UHGV virus genome: UHGV-0050993
DNA length: 37,305 nt
Reading direction: 5' to 3' (one strand)
Source: a virus
Shown in pieces: positions 1-11,007 of the stretch. How positions within the stretch are numbered: position 1 is the stretch's first letter; the number at the start of each line of letters is the position of its first letter. Under the pieces are notes generated by a model. It was given only the letters and a program-made list of their open reading frames with translations. It was not told the DNA's origin and made no database searches. The position numbers were made by a program, and so were the translations under genes.

Positions 1-49
1 CATGGTTCGCGTCAGATCGTTGACAGCCGCACTCCATGACGGGTAAAAA

Positions 50-1243
50 GTGGATAAAATGATTTTACCCACCGGATTTTTACCCATGCTCACCGTTAAG
101 CAGATTGAAGCAGCAAAGCCGAAAGAAAAACCATACCGCCTTCTCGATGGTAATGGCCTGTACCTTTATGTCCCTGTGTCAGGGAAAAAGGTATGGCAGC
201 TTCGCTACAAGATTGACGGTAAGGAGAAAATCCTGACCGTAGGAAAATATCCGCTTATGACTTTGCAGGAGGCAAGAGATAAAGCATGGACCGCGAGGAA
301 AGACATCTCGGTTGGCATCGATCCGGTAAAAGCGAAAAAGGCTTCGTCTAACAACAATTCATTTAGTGCGATTTACAAGGAATGGTACGAGCACAAGAAG
401 CAAGTCTGGTCAGTAGGCTATGCAACTGAACTTGCCAAAATGTTTGATGACGACATTTTACCCATCATCGGCAGCCTTGAAATTCAGGATATTGAGCCGA
501 TGCAACTGTTGGAAGTAATCCGCAGATTTGAAGATCGCGGTGCAATGGAGCGAGCCAACAAAGCACGCAGAAGATGCGGTGAGGTTTTCCGTTACGCTAT
601 TGTCACCGGAAGGGCTAAATATAACCCTGCACCTGACCTTGCAGACGCCATGAAGGGATACCGCAAGAAGAACTTCCCGTTTCTTCCTGCAGACCAGATC
701 CCGGCATTCAATAAAGCACTGGCAACATTTTCAGGAAGTATCATATCGCTCATTGCCACCAAAGTTTTACGCTATACAGCCCTAAGAACGAAAGAGCTTC
801 GTTCCATGCAATGGAAGAACGTCGATTTTGAAAACAGGATTATCACCATCGACGCCAATGTGATGAAGGGACGCAAAATTCATGTGGTTCCTATGTCAGA
901 CCAGGTAGTTGAACTTCTCACTACGCTAAGCTCAATCACCAAACCAGTATCAGAGTTTGTTTTTGCCGGGCGCAACGATAAGAAGAAGCCAATCTGCGAG
1001 AACGCGGTATTGCTTGTGATCAAACAAATCGGCTATGAGGGTCTGGAAAGCGGTCACGGATTCAGGCATGAATTCAGCACGATTATGAACGAGCACGAAT
1101 GGCCTGCTGATGCTATTGAAGTGCAACTGGCACATGCCAACGGCGGATCTGTGCGCGGGATTTACAACCATGCTCAGTATCTCGATAAACGCAGAGAAAT
1201 GATGCAATGGTGGGCGGACTGGCTTGATGAAAAGGTGGAGTGA
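50..1243 (+). CDS. int: Tyrosine integrase, P4/CP4-57 family
   Basis: 397-aa ORF with N-terminal arm-binding motif (LTVKQIEAAKPKEKPYRLLDGNGLYLYV) and C-terminal catalytic region (HGFRHEF...LAH...Y) typical of P4-type integrases. Alternative start at ATG 86. Contiguous with xis at window end if genome is circular. Confidence 0.9.
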   Translation: MDKMILPTGFLPMLTVKQIEAAKPKEKPYRLLDGNGLYLYVPVSGKKVWQLRYKIDGKEKILTVGKYPLMTLQEARDKAWTARKDISVGIDPVKAKKASSNNNSFSAIYKEWYEHKKQVWSVGYATELAKMFDDDILPIIGSLEIQDIEPMQLLEVIRRFEDRGAMERANKARRRCGEVFRYAIVTGRAKYNPAPDLADAMKGYRKKNFPFLPADQIPAFNKALATFSGSIISLIATKVLRYTALRTKELRSMQWKNVDFENRIITIDANVMKGRKIHVVPMSDQVVELLTTLSSITKPVSEFVFAGRNDKKKPICENAVLLVIKQIGYEGLESGHGFRHEFSTIMNEHEWPADAIEVQLAHANGGSVRGIYNHAQYLDKRREMMQWWADWLDEKVE

Positions 1244-1362
1244 TCCACCTTAACCACTATCGAAGAGCACAAAGCCTTGCAATCCAGTACAAAGATTTGT
1301 GTGTCTCACTCAGTTTTTCCTTATTGTAGTTATCAGTGCACGAATGAAGATAGATATGGTTA

Positions 1363-3450
1363 TTATTGAATCATTACGTTAACTCTAAGATTTGCTCGTT
1401 CGTTATTACTATCACCAGTATCAGCACGGTATCCAACTACCACATCAGTGTTAGTTACATCTTTTACCCACGCTATAACTGTAGATGTGGTTGGTGTAGC
1501 CCTATCATCTATCGTTAACTGTATTTGTCTGAAATCTGGCTTGTAAAGGAATTTATGAGGGATGCTTATGTCTTTACTTCCAGGTGTTGATATGTCAAGA
1601 GTTTCACTTAGTCTTTGTATTGTTGAATACCCTATGTTATTTATTGATGCTGATATATTCCAATTCTGGCTCCTATTTAAATCAGGAGGATCTCCATAGA
1701 AGGGGGTCTGTCCGCTTAATAACTCCATTGATATGCTTATATTCTCTGATGCAGGGGTTCCCTCAGACACAAAACCAGTATCGCAACGGTAAACTGATCC
1801 TGTAATATTATTTCCACGCATAGAGTTTTGCTTGGAAGATCTACGAATGGCCACAGTACAAGATCTAGCATTAAATGTTACTGTCTGCCCAGCCCCATCT
1901 AAATAGACTAGTTCGCCATTACAATTCTTTCCAGAAACCTTTAACATCCCACCAACGGAAGATGATGAATATAGCCCAATTCCTGAATATAAACGCCCTG
2001 CTTCTGCATCTCCTGCCGGTGCAGTTGAGTTTGAGAAATTCATTTCAACCTGAGCATCATTTGTAACCACTACAGCTGTAGAACCAACAACCCTTGCTGG
2101 TTGGGTTATAGTTCGTTTACATGTAATGCGACAAGAAAATCCAGCTGAGGCTGCTATCGTTGCGCCATCAAATGATGCATTTGGTAATGTGTAATATGGA
2201 ATATCTCCAGTCCAATTTGGATGTAGAAGACTAAGACTCCTGATATCAAAAAATGCTGACCCGTATGTATTTGCGCTAATATTTATCTGTGCACGAGAAC
2301 TTTCTGCGATAACTCGACCACCCTCAGTTAGTCGCACGGTATTCCTTGTTCTAAAGGCGGTTCCAGACCACGCAGCATATGTATGGACATCTCCAATCTC
2401 AATATTAGCCCCATCAATAACAATCCCGTCAACTTCGGACCCTGGGTACACGGTTGAGGTCGCAACTGAGCTTTCTGCCAAAGGTCTTGGCAATATCCCC
2501 GCCCGACCTATCCATGCTTTTCGCAATATGCCGTCGTTTGGCCCTTGAATTATAATACCCTCCTGCCCAAAATCGCGCCCTACGATACTTATATCGTACA
2601 GCGCTATCCGGGATGCTGAGTTCTCAGCACCAGGGTCTTTAAACCAAGCGCCAATGCCAGGTACGTTATTTAGCAAGATGTCGATTGTAAAGCCGAAACC
2701 CTGTACCTCCAGCCCATTACCGGACGTGTTACCCAAAACACCGGTTGCAGCATTCCATGCACTTGTAAAATAATTACAGTCAATACCTAGATTAGTTATT
2801 TCGAAATTATTTGCATTTGCTATAACCGCAGTAGAGTTCGTTCCAGATATTTGTTTCAAGGTGGTTTGAGTGTATCCAGAACCGTTAATAACACATCCAT
2901 CTGGTATGGCTAGTGTGCTAAATAAGTATGTACCTGGAGGAATATTGACATCAAGTGTATTTATTGCCGCTTGTAATGCATCTGTATCATCGTTAACACC
3001 ATCACCTTTAGCTCCATAATATTGAGGCGTCTTCCGCAACGTGTCGTAAACATTTGACTCTCCATAGCCAATAAATTTAGCTCCATCATGACCAGACAGC
3101 CTATTCTCAAGTTGATCAGGGTCATACTTCAGCACATTCGGAAAATAGAACTGCTGCGCACCATACGCATCATAAACAGCCATAGAATGACCTTGCACAG
3201 TTACGAACTTGGCAATCTGTCCGTTATATACCGGATATCCAGCAGCGTTAATGATGATTGGTTGCGAAACAGGGACATGAGAACCGTCTTCGTTCTCCAC
3301 ATAAACCTGAATCTGGTTTTCAGGATTTACCGGGTCAGTGTCAATTTTACCGATATAAATTTTGCCATTGGCAACCGCTTTAAAAGAACGCGCCATAGTG
3401 AAGAGTTGCGAAGGCATCGATACGATCACATTGGCTGTAATGTCTGTCAT
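1363..3450 (-). CDS. Tailspike protein, P22-type N-terminal head-binding domain with divergent beta-helix receptor-binding domain
   Basis: N-terminus [13 protein letters not shown]...[21 protein letters not shown]...VLKYDPDQ closely recalls P22 gp9 head-binding domain; remainder diverges and carries a [19 protein letters not shown] motif typical of pectate-lyase-like depolymerases. Confidence 0.9.
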   Translation of the reverse strand: MTDITANVIVSMPSQLFTMARSFKAVANGKIYIGKIDTDPVNPENQIQVYVENEDGSHVPVSQPIIINAAGYPVYNGQIAKFVTVQGHSMAVYDAYGAQQFYFPNVLKYDPDQLENRLSGHDGAKFIGYGESNVYDTLRKTPQYYGAKGDGVNDDTDALQAAINTLDVNIPPGTYLFSTLAIPDGCVINGSGYTQTTLKQISGTNSTAVIANANNFEITNLGIDCNYFTSAWNAATGVLGNTSGNGLEVQGFGFTIDILLNNVPGIGAWFKDPGAENSASRIALYDISIVGRDFGQEGIIIQGPNDGILRKAWIGRAGILPRPLAESSVATSTVYPGSEVDGIVIDGANIEIGDVHTYAAWSGTAFRTRNTVRLTEGGRVIAESSRAQINISANTYGSAFFDIRSLSLLHPNWTGDIPYYTLPNASFDGATIAASAGFSCRITCKRTITQPARVVGSTAVVVTNDAQVEMNFSNSTAPAGDAEAGRLYSGIGLYSSSSVGGMLKVSGKNCNGELVYLDGAGQTVTFNARSCTVAIRRSSKQNSMRGNNITGSVYRCDTGFVSEGTPASENISISMELLSGQTPFYGDPPDLNRSQNWNISASINNIGYSTIQRLSETLDISTPGSKDISIPHKFLYKPDFRQIQLTIDDRATPTTSTVIAWVKDVTNTDVVVGYRADTGDSNNERANLRVNVMIQ

Positions 3451-3507
3451 TTAATTTGCTCCAGATACAATGAATCGCCGCAGCGTGGCCACGGTGAATT
3501 TTGGGCA

Positions 3508-3533
3508 TAAAAAAACCCAGCCGAAGCTGGGTA
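3508..3533 (-). terminator. Rho-independent terminator downstream of ant
   Basis: On - strand: ACCCAGC-TTCG-GCTGGGT hairpin followed by a T7 run, between ant stop (3551) and tailspike start (3450). Confidence 0.7.
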
Positions 3534-3550
3534 GTTGCGTTGGTTATCTG

Positions 3551-4486
3551 TCAGTAGTTATGTATTGAAGGAGGTAATTCTTTATTCTTAAGTCTCATCC
3601 ATGCGGAAAGATTCGTTGGTCCGTCTGGCTCATTAATATCAACATCTCGTGTGTGATTGATTAAAACGTCTCTCGCCATTCCGATAACATACGAGAATTC
3701 ATGACCGTAGTAGTAGCATCTGCCGGAATAGTTCGATTGAATTTGTTTTAATGCCGGATACAGTTCGCGGAATAATGCCTGTGAACGGTTGGCATAATCC
3801 CATAACCATACAAGGCTGTTTGCTTCTTTTGCAGAAAGCTCGTTGGTTTTCTTCTCTTGTTTGCCGATGAACTCACCGTCAAGTGGAACTCGAGCTGCAA
3901 GTGACAGTGCTTCGGCAAACTGCTCCTCACTGATTTCTTTGTATGAACACCCAAAATGGGATTTCAGTGACGACCACATGGTGATCATCGCCTTAGCCTG
4001 TTTTTCCTTTGACAGAGACTGACCGCGACTCATGACGAGTTGTTTAATGGCTTCCTGCTGTTCAGTGGTGATTTTACCCGGCAACGCCTTTTTAGCTTTG
4101 CGTGGGTTAACTACATGGCCTTTAGTCCAGTAGTCATGCAGCACGCTAAAGCATTCCTCCTGGTACTGAATCAGTTTATCGCGGATGTCAGCTCGAACTT
4201 TCTCAGGGTTGATGCTGAACAGCCATCCATTTAACTTCTTCAAAGGAAGGCAGAGTAGCTTACGAAGCTTCCCATCAGCGGCAACCATATTCATATGAAT
4301 ACAGTTGAACTTATCTAGTTGTTTCATAAGTTTTTGTTGCTGAGTACCCCAACTCATTCCAAGGTTTTCAACGATTGGCTTCATCGCAACGTATGCAACT
4401 CCGGCAGCCATGGCGGTGATAATTTGCTGACCGTTGAATGGTACGTAAGAGGTGTTCACTGCTTCTAAAATTGCTATACTATTCAT
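3551..4486 (-). CDS. ant: Antirepressor Ant (immI)
   Basis: ORF extends to 4552 but likely start is [10 protein letters not shown] at 4486 with GGAG upstream; position after arc and similarity to P22 Ant-type antirepressors. Confidence 0.8.
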   Translation of the reverse strand: MNSIAILEAVNTSYVPFNGQQIITAMAAGVAYVAMKPIVENLGMSWGTQQQKLMKQLDKFNCIHMNMVAADGKLRKLLCLPLKKLNGWLFSINPEKVRADIRDKLIQYQEECFSVLHDYWTKGHVVNPRKAKKALPGKITTEQQEAIKQLVMSRGQSLSKEKQAKAMITMWSSLKSHFGCSYKEISEEQFAEALSLAARVPLDGEFIGKQEKKTNELSAKEANSLVWLWDYANRSQALFRELYPALKQIQSNYSGRCYYYGHEFSYVIGMARDVLINHTRDVDINEPDGPTNLSAWMRLKNKELPPSIHNY

Positions 4487-4518
4487 GTTGGTTTTTCTCC
4501 ACGGATTTACTGACAACC

Positions 4519-4550
4519 GAAGCCCTGACTGTTCCCGCAGTTGGGGCTTC
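4519..4550 (+). ncRNA. Candidate sar-like antisense RNA terminator hairpin in arc-ant intergenic region
   Basis: Inverted repeat GAAGCCC...GGGCTTC in the 68-bp arc-ant spacer; in P22 a small antisense RNA (sar) ends here. Hairpin seen in sequence; RNA identity is inference. Confidence 0.3.
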
Positions 4551-4554
4551 AACT

Positions 4555-4716
4555 TTACGCGCCAATGCGCCCTTCCTTCTTAAAGCTTTCCATTACTCTC
4601 TGATAAATCTCAGAGTTAACAGACCGACCATTCTCTTCCGCCACCTTGCGTACCAAATCCAATACTTCTTTAGGCCACCGCAAATTGAACTGCGGCATCT
4701 TGCTCATTCCTTTCAT
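4555..4716 (-). CDS. arc: Arc repressor
   Basis: [53 protein letters not shown] is near-identical to P22 Arc (53 aa) as I recall it; ORF track shows longer upstream extension but canonical start is at 4716. Confidence 0.95.
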   Translation of the reverse strand: MKGMSKMPQFNLRWPKEVLDLVRKVAEENGRSVNSEIYQRVMESFKKEGRIGA

Positions 4717-4732
4717 ATTCACCTCACAATAT

Positions 4733-4779
4733 AGGTCCACCGTGGACCTATTGAGAATATAGTAGAGTGCTTCTATCAT
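4733..4779. promoter_or_regulatory. immI operator region: Mnt operator palindrome and Arc operator (Pant/Pmnt)
   Basis: Perfect palindrome AGGTCCACCGTGGACCT (4733-4749, Mnt operator-like) and ATAGTAGAGTGCTTCTATCAT (4759-4779, Arc operator-like) between divergent arc and mnt. Confidence 0.85.
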
Positions 4780-4806
4780 GTCAATACACTAACTTGGAGT
4801 GATGGC

Positions 4807-5058
4807 ATGGCTAGAGATGATCCGCACTTTAACTTCCGTATGCCTATGGAAGTAAGGGAGAAATTAAAATTCAGGGCGGAGGCGAATGGGAGATCAATGA
4901 ACTCCGAGTTGTTACAAATCGTCCAAGATGCTCTATCAAAACCATCGCCTGTGACTGGATATCGTGACGATGCAGAACGACTCGCTGATGAGCAGTCAGA
5001 TCTTGTTAAGAAGATGGTGTTTGATACGCTGAAGGATTTGTACAAAAAACCCACCTGA
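4807..5058 (+). CDS. mnt: Mnt repressor
   Basis: MARDDPHFNFRMPMEVREKLKFRAEANGRSMNSELLQIVQDALSKPSPVTGYR... matches P22 Mnt almost residue for residue. Confidence 0.95.
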   Translation: MARDDPHFNFRMPMEVREKLKFRAEANGRSMNSELLQIVQDALSKPSPVTGYRDDAERLADEQSDLVKKMVFDTLKDLYKKPT

Positions 5059-5075
5059 TGGTGGGTCCTATTTAT
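5047..5075. terminator. Bidirectional terminator between mnt and lipoprotein gene
   Basis: ACCCACC-TGAT-GGTGGGT hairpin flanked by A-run upstream and T-rich tract downstream, overlapping mnt stop codon. Confidence 0.65.
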
Positions 5076-5494
5076 TAGTCTTGATTTGTTGATGGTATAA
5101 GAGATGCGTTTGCCTCTTTTGGCTTCAAGGTATACATCCCACCATTAAATGGATCAACAGCAAGCCAACCAATTAACCCACCAAACACAAGGTTTCCACC
5201 AATATACCAACCATTAGCATTGGCTTTGATTGGCAGGGTAACTGGTTCGTACCCATCCTTCTCCATAGTGATCTGGTAGCTCTTTTTGCCAAAATAACTA
5301 CCATCTGACTTGGCAAGAGTTACTCCTTGTGGAGTCTTGCCTTGCGCAACAATCACGCCTGATTCATCTTTTACCTTAAAGCTCGCACCGGAAGGGTTGC
5401 TGTTCACTTGCACAAGTTGCGTTTCATCACCAACAATAGTTGCGCACCCAGATAACATGATAACGCCAGCAACGACGCTAATAATCCTCTTCAT
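5075..5494 (-). CDS. Putative lipoprotein (moron at the position occupied by sieA in P22)
   Basis: Signal peptide with lipobox (MKRIISVVAGVIMLSGC); Gly-rich C-terminal region. Sits between ejection-protein gene and mnt. ORF track start 5506; MKRIIS start at 5494 preferred. Confidence 0.7.
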   Translation of the reverse strand: MKRIISVVAGVIMLSGCATIVGDETQLVQVNSNPSGASFKVKDESGVIVAQGKTPQGVTLAKSDGSYFGKKSYQITMEKDGYEPVTLPIKANANGWYIGGNLVFGGLIGWLAVDPFNGGMYTLKPKEANASLIPSTNQD

Positions 5495-5589
5495 ATCAAT
5501 TTCCATATCTAAAAAACCGGAAACATCCTAATGACAAATCATTCAAATGTGAAGCACGAGATAAGATCAATCCATCCGTGGACGACTAA

Positions 5590-7758
5590 TTACTCCTGTG
5601 TCATTCCACTTAGCGATGCCACAATTCCAGCCCTTGCTAAACGCTGGAACTCTTCGTTTCCTAGTGCCTCACGTATTGCTTTTACGGCGGCCTTATTTGC
5701 CATAAATCTGCGTTCAGCCGCCGCTAATGCACCATCACTTGCCCCAACCTTAACGGCCTTTGTTGCCTCTTGAACAGCCTTTTCAATAGCGTAACGACCA
5801 CTTCTGGTTGCGGATAATTTCGCTATCGATCCTTTTGCTATCGCATCAATTGCTCCACCTGCAGCGCCACCAACTATTGCTCCAATAACACCTCCTCCAG
5901 AGAACCCTGCGATAGCGCCAGCGGTTGGAAAAGCGCCAGACAATACGCTCTCTAAAACTGGATGAAGGCCATTCTCAAGAGTGCTAATGGCTGGCATAGA
6001 GCGCCCTGTCTGTTCAACATATCGAAGTGGCTTTGTTGCAGCTCTTGCAAGTTCTCCGTATGAACTTGTAATCCTGCCAAGTTCTGGAGAATATCGACTA
6101 ATTGCCTTCACGTTTTGTGGGGTAAGAATAGTCGCGATATGCTTAATTCCAGCCCCTTCAGACTTACCTCCGCGTACCCCTTGCGATACCGCATCTTGTA
6201 ATATTGATGCAATTGCTGGCGCGCGTTCCGACTCAGGTAGGGCGCTTATTATTTTATGGAACTGACCTGTTCCACTTTTTGCTGAACCCTGTAACGCCTT
6301 AGATCCATTAGTTACCAACTGATCAGTTGCAAGGTCTCTACCAAACGCTGCTTCAGCCTGTTCTTGTGCTGTAAATCTTGCCTTTGACAGATCATTAGCT
6401 TTTTGCCAGTCATCAAGAAAACCGCCATTTTGAGCCATTATGCGCATATCTTCCGTTGCTGCATCACGAAGCTCAGCCATGCGCCTTGCCGTATTTGCCT
6501 CACCAGACCTTATATACTTCTGCTCTGCGTCAGCAAGTTTACTTCGCCATGCCTTCATGGCATCAAACGTGATTCCTTTTTTACCAGTTTTAGCATAAGC
6601 AGATGCGAATTGTTTCATCTCAGGAGTTAGCGGCATGCCAGCCAAAATATCACCCTGAATTGTAGCGTTCAGGTTTGACATTCTGGCCTTTGCGTCAGGC
6701 ATCGTGGAGCGGACGCTATCCCATGCGGCCTTTTCTGAATTTTTCATTTTATCAATACTTGCCAAAACCCTTTGTTTTATGGCTGCACTTTTTTCTGATG
6801 CAGTTCCTGCTTCAGCACCAAACTCATCCAATGCTGAGTTAAATTTCGACTCTATTTCACTGAATGCTTTGGTGTGTGCATCCTGTGTAATTCCGGGCTT
6901 TGACGCCAGAATCCCCTCTGCCTGAGCAAGACCACGACTACCTGATCTCATGCCAGGAGTTAATGCGTTGATATCTATTCCAGCAGTATCTGCTGCTTTT
7001 GCTATTTCGTCTGACACGTTAGCTGACTGTCTGGCAATAATCTCTCTTCCTGTACCAGACTTTGCCATTTTCGAAACATCAGCAGCGGAATTTATTGCCC
7101 CGCCACCAAGAACTTGAGGTGATTTAGAGGTTAAGATCCTTCCAGCCCCAGAAAGTATCCCCTGAGCACCAATATTGATACCACCGTTAATGGCGGCATT
7201 TTGTGCAAAATCGCCCTCCTGATTTGCAGCATCAGCAAGAGAACCTGCAATCATGTTTCCTGCGGAACCGATATCTCCAGCGAGCTTTGCTGTCGCTCCA
7301 GCAGCTTTTGCCGCTGTGCCAATTGGCAGGAGATACCCACCAATTGTTTCACCGGCTTGCGCGTAAGGGTCTGTAGGTCGATCGACAGGGCGATAAACAT
7401 CATCCAAAACCTTGGGTCCACCAAGCCCCTGACTGATTGCATTAATCAGACTTGCGCCGCCCTGCAATACGTCAAATGGTATGTTTACCAGACCACGACC
7501 AGCCTGTTCTGCAATTTGCCCTGCACTTTGACCACCAGTGAGCCAATCGCCAGCTTGTTGCATTAATGATGGTTCTTCTTTCTGCTGCTGAGGTGGAGGG
7601 TATGCTGCATAAAACTGATCTCTTGCTTCAGCCCATTTGTCACCAGCCTTAGGGGCAACAACCTCATCAAAATATTGCGCTTGAGCCTGTGCTTTCTGTT
7701 CTTCAGTTAACGCCTGATACTGTGGAGAGGCGATAACATCTTTCCATGCTTTAGCCAT
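5590..7758 (-). CDS. Ejection (injection) protein, P22 gp16-like
   Basis: 722-aa Ala/Gly-rich protein at the gp16 position of the P22 gene order (4-10-26-14-7-20-16); stop/start overlap with upstream gene. Confidence 0.7.
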   Translation of the reverse strand: MAKAWKDVIASPQYQALTEEQKAQAQAQYFDEVVAPKAGDKWAEARDQFYAAYPPPQQQKEEPSLMQQAGDWLTGGQSAGQIAEQAGRGLVNIPFDVLQGGASLINAISQGLGGPKVLDDVYRPVDRPTDPYAQAGETIGGYLLPIGTAAKAAGATAKLAGDIGSAGNMIAGSLADAANQEGDFAQNAAINGGINIGAQGILSGAGRILTSKSPQVLGGGAINSAADVSKMAKSGTGREIIARQSANVSDEIAKAADTAGIDINALTPGMRSGSRGLAQAEGILASKPGITQDAHTKAFSEIESKFNSALDEFGAEAGTASEKSAAIKQRVLASIDKMKNSEKAAWDSVRSTMPDAKARMSNLNATIQGDILAGMPLTPEMKQFASAYAKTGKKGITFDAMKAWRSKLADAEQKYIRSGEANTARRMAELRDAATEDMRIMAQNGGFLDDWQKANDLSKARFTAQEQAEAAFGRDLATDQLVTNGSKALQGSAKSGTGQFHKIISALPESERAPAIASILQDAVSQGVRGGKSEGAGIKHIATILTPQNVKAISRYSPELGRITSSYGELARAATKPLRYVEQTGRSMPAISTLENGLHPVLESVLSGAFPTAGAIAGFSGGGVIGAIVGGAAGGAIDAIAKGSIAKLSATRSGRYAIEKAVQEATKAVKVGASDGALAAAERRFMANKAAVKAIREALGNEEFQRLARAGIVASLSGMTQE

Positions 7759-9146
7759 TAATCACCCCATAGTGAAGAAAAGTTACTGCTGGCTGCTGGC
7801 TGTGATACCTGTGCAGGTTGAGATTGCTTCCGCTGAGATTTACCAACATTAACGTTATATTGTTGGTTGTAATTGTTGGTGTATTCCTGAATTTCACGAA
7901 TCGACTGCTGCATAGCCTCCGGACTTGAATAGTCAACCTGCGGCATCCCCTGAAAATACATCTTCGCTTCTGCAACGGTGTTAATACCACTGGCACCCAT
8001 GTCCCTTGCTGCCGCCACACCCTGATTCTGCATTCTGCCCTGAATACGTTGTGCTGAGTTATATAACTGGCGCTGCTCTTTTCCTGTTAATCGGCTGCGA
8101 ACATCAGCACCAATTGCCGGGTTACCTGCGCCGCCGGTCATTCCTGTCATGAAATCGAGAGCAGAAGCATCTGCATTTGCGATCGCGTCGATATCCTTCT
8201 TCATGGCATAGTTTTGTGCTGATGCAGACGATGTTGCAGGCGCTGCGATTGAACTGGCAGGAACGCGAACCATATTCCCCTCGTTGTCGATGCCTTCGTA
8301 GAACGCATTAGCCCCAGCGCCGTGAAGTTTCCCGCCTACCGTTACAGTTCTGCCATCTGATAACTGAACTGTACGCTCATCATTCCCAGCGGTTCCTCTT
8401 GTTGACGCTCGCTGCATTGCCAAATCCTGCCCGCGTCTCGCAGTAGAAGCAGATAAGTCCTGACCGCGCATCGTGATGTTCTGGCCTCGTGCTGTTAGCG
8501 CCTCGCCAGCCTGATTGCTGCGGATTGTCTCTGCCAGCCTGCCTCGGTCAATCTCACGACCTGCCATCTTGTCCTGAACATTGAAGTAATCAATAGGACC
8601 AAGAGCAGCCATCCCAAGGTGATCAACAAACTCACCAAATCCTGAAGGATTCTGCTGATACATCTGAGCAACGTTATTAGGGTCAACACCGACGCGCGCC
8701 AGCTCATTGGCGTTGTTTTGCAGCCATGATTGCATTGCTTCTGGAGACGAGGCCGCAAGGCGTGCGCCAGCCGCTAAGGTGCCGATAGAATTGCGCTGGT
8801 CTTCATCAATGAATCCCATGCCTTTACGAACGGATTCAATCTGGTCTGGATATTGAGTAGCCAACTGACGCAAAGCACCGCGATCACCAGACGCATAAGC
8901 ATTAGCGTATGCCTGCTGAAATTCTTTCTGCCGCTGAGCCTGCTTTTCCTGCTGAAACACCCCCGCAATACCTGAAAGGCCTTGCAAAGCAGTCAGCCCA
9001 ACATTGTTAGCGCCTGAACGCTCAATATCATTGTTCTGCCTGATAAGCTGAAGCGTATTGCCGATGTCATTTACGCTCGGAGCGTTTGAGTTGACGCCGC
9101 CGATACCAGCCAATAATCCGCCATTTAATCCTTGCCAAGTAGCCAT
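7758..9146 (-). CDS. Ejection protein, P22 gp20-like
   Basis: 462-aa ORF, synteny with P22 gene 20 (471 aa). Confidence 0.7.
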   Translation of the reverse strand: MATWQGLNGGLLAGIGGVNSNAPSVNDIGNTLQLIRQNNDIERSGANNVGLTALQGLSGIAGVFQQEKQAQRQKEFQQAYANAYASGDRGALRQLATQYPDQIESVRKGMGFIDEDQRNSIGTLAAGARLAASSPEAMQSWLQNNANELARVGVDPNNVAQMYQQNPSGFGEFVDHLGMAALGPIDYFNVQDKMAGREIDRGRLAETIRSNQAGEALTARGQNITMRGQDLSASTARRGQDLAMQRASTRGTAGNDERTVQLSDGRTVTVGGKLHGAGANAFYEGIDNEGNMVRVPASSIAAPATSSASAQNYAMKKDIDAIANADASALDFMTGMTGGAGNPAIGADVRSRLTGKEQRQLYNSAQRIQGRMQNQGVAAARDMGASGINTVAEAKMYFQGMPQVDYSSPEAMQQSIREIQEYTNNYNQQYNVNVGKSQRKQSQPAQVSQPAASSNFSSLWGD

Positions 9147-9155
9147 GATTACCCC

Positions 9156-9848
9156 TTAAAACAACGAGCCAAGCAATCCGATACCAGCACCAATGCCAGC
9201 GCCCCAAGGTGTTGATGTTCCCAAAAGGCTGGCAAGACCTGCACCTGCAATCGCACCAGACGTTCCGCCACTAATTGCTGTCTGAAGACTTGATGGTTTG
9301 TTGGCATTAGCAGCGGCAAGAGCTGCGCTTTGCTGTGCAATGCTGCTCATGTTGTTGGCGTACGTCTGCCCGGCGTTTGCCTGACCTTGCAGAGCACCAA
9401 GCCCAACGTTTGCCAGATTGTTGTAATTGCTCATCTGGTTTGATAACCAAGACTGACCGAGAGTCGGCGCGATCGTAGCCAGTTGATTGCTTGTGGCTGT
9501 CGAACCAAGTCCACCCGTCGCCTCCGCAGCAGCAAGACTCTGGTAACGCGCCTGACCTGCAAGGTCTTTATACTGCTGAGAGTTGTAATACTGATTAAGT
9601 GCCTGCCCCTGACCTTCTAAACTGGAAAGATTCTGCAACTGGTTAACATACTGCTCCGCAAGAGGCGTGAACGGAGCAAGGTTTTTCATGATCGTCTGCC
9701 ACTGCTGATTTTGCAGGTCTGCTGCATACTTCTGAGCTTCTGCGGCATACTTTGCGCTTTTATCAGAACTGCCACCTTTCCCACCCTTTTCAGGGCAATA
9801 AGGTTCCTCGCCGCGCAGTTTTCTGCCCAGCTTAAATGCATATAACAT
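9156..9848 (-). CDS. Ejection protein, P22 gp7-like
   Basis: 230-aa ORF with Gly-rich hydrophobic C-terminus; synteny with P22 gene 7 (229 aa). Confidence 0.7.
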   Translation of the reverse strand: MLYAFKLGRKLRGEEPYCPEKGGKGGSSDKSAKYAAEAQKYAADLQNQQWQTIMKNLAPFTPLAEQYVNQLQNLSSLEGQGQALNQYYNSQQYKDLAGQARYQSLAAAEATGGLGSTATSNQLATIAPTLGQSWLSNQMSNYNNLANVGLGALQGQANAGQTYANNMSSIAQQSAALAAANANKPSSLQTAISGGTSGAIAGAGLASLLGTSTPWGAGIGAGIGLLGSLF

Positions 9849-9850
9849 GG

Positions 9851-10306
9851 CTATCTCCCGTGATTCAGGAAGTCGATTAGTTCTTCGCGTGTGGCGCTGT
9901 AAAAAGTCACGTCATCAACGCCTTTGAAGTATTTCTTGATGGTTCCTACACGCTTAAGGCCAATCATTGCGCAGTACATCTGACCGTGGCGGAATTTGCG
10001 TGCAGCGAACGATGTTACGCACTGAACGGTGGTGTTAGTCAGAATGTATCTCCAGAACGCCAGCCCGATTTCCTTGCTGAAGCCGCGAATCTCTGGCAGG
10101 TACATGGCGTGGCAATCGAATGTCAGCGGCTGAATCTCCTGATAGTAAACAATGCCGCCAAACTGACCGTGCACGTTAACCTCAAAGTAACGGCATTCAG
10201 GCTTGTAGTCGTATCCATCACCGTTGTTGCTTCCGGCAATAATGTCAGGGTGATTTCCGACAGCTTCGATCAGGTCGATGTTTCGCGTTGGTTTGAATGT
10301 AATCAT
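9851..10306 (-). CDS. P22 gp14-like protein (ejection protein assembly)
   Basis: 151-aa ORF in conserved position between gp26 and gp7 homologs. Confidence 0.65.
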   Translation of the reverse strand: MITFKPTRNIDLIEAVGNHPDIIAGSNNGDGYDYKPECRYFEVNVHGQFGGIVYYQEIQPLTFDCHAMYLPEIRGFSKEIGLAFWRYILTNTTVQCVTSFAARKFRHGQMYCAMIGLKRVGTIKKYFKGVDDVTFYSATREELIDFLNHGR

Positions 10307-11007
10307 CAGTCAATCAGCCCATGTAATCTAAGTGCCGTTTCAAGCGCCAGAATACGCTGCCGCGCCTGCTGCAAACCTGTAGCGAGAGCCGCGACTTCGG
10401 ATTGTGTGTACGTAGTGCCGACTGTGTATGACTGGTTAGCGTTGAATGAGCCAAGAAGAGGTGTACCTGTGGCTGAAGTCCATCCGGTATTTCTTGCTCC
10501 AACAACCTGAATTCCATCAACTGAATATGATGTTTTTACATCCAGCGGTGACTCAAGAGACTGCAATTCGGTTACGGTTTTCGATACGTAATCACTCTTA
10601 ATGCCAGAGACATCGTTTTCTACGTCATCCAGTCTTTGGTCAACAGTGACCAGATGCGCCTGAATATCGATAACCTCATCCAGCAAGTAATCAACATCGC
10701 TACGCAGTACGACTATCTTCCCTTCGGCAGTTGTTAACCTGACCTCAAGTAGATTTATCGCTTTTGTGTTTGCGGTGATTCTTGCATCGTGGTCAGCCAG
10801 CTCGACATCCTGTTCATCGTTTTTTACCTGGGCATCATAAGCGCCCTGACCAGCCTGATTTGCCTTTCCAGCAATTGCACCGACATCAGCCCCCTGATTA
10901 ATGACATACAGCAGGTAAGACTGGCTGAATATATTGCGTGGCAAAATTGAAGCATCAAGGCGCGTAGCCTGAACCGCGACAGGATTATTCAGTGATGAAT
11001 CCGCCAT
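10306..11007 (-). CDS. Tail needle protein, P22 gp26-like
   Basis: 233 aa; N-terminus [73 protein letters not shown] and C-terminal ...RLHGLID closely match P22 gp26. Confidence 0.9.
   Translation of the reverse strand: MADSSLNNPVAVQATRLDASILPRNIFSQSYLLYVINQGADVGAIAGKANQAGQGAYDAQVKNDEQDVELADHDARITANTKAINLLEVRLTTAEGKIVVLRSDVDYLLDEVIDIQAHLVTVDQRLDDVENDVSGIKSDYVSKTVTELQSLESPLDVKTSYSVDGIQVVGARNTGWTSATGTPLLGSFNANQSYTVGTTYTQSEVAALATGLQQARQRILALETALRLHGLID

Noticed and set aside
1-49. tRNA fragment or attachment core upstream of int
   Set aside because: No T-arm/acceptor-like motif (GGTTCGAATCC...CCA) found in 1-49, 1244-1362 or 37256-37305; cannot support a tRNA-derived att core from sequence alone.
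950-1207. Antisense ORFs embedded in large genes (e.g. 950..1207 -, 1584..1805 +, 5981..6265 +, 14573..14911 -, 17605..18069 +)
   Set aside because: Fully contained within well-supported genes on the opposite strand, with no RBS and biased composition; typical spurious shadow ORFs.
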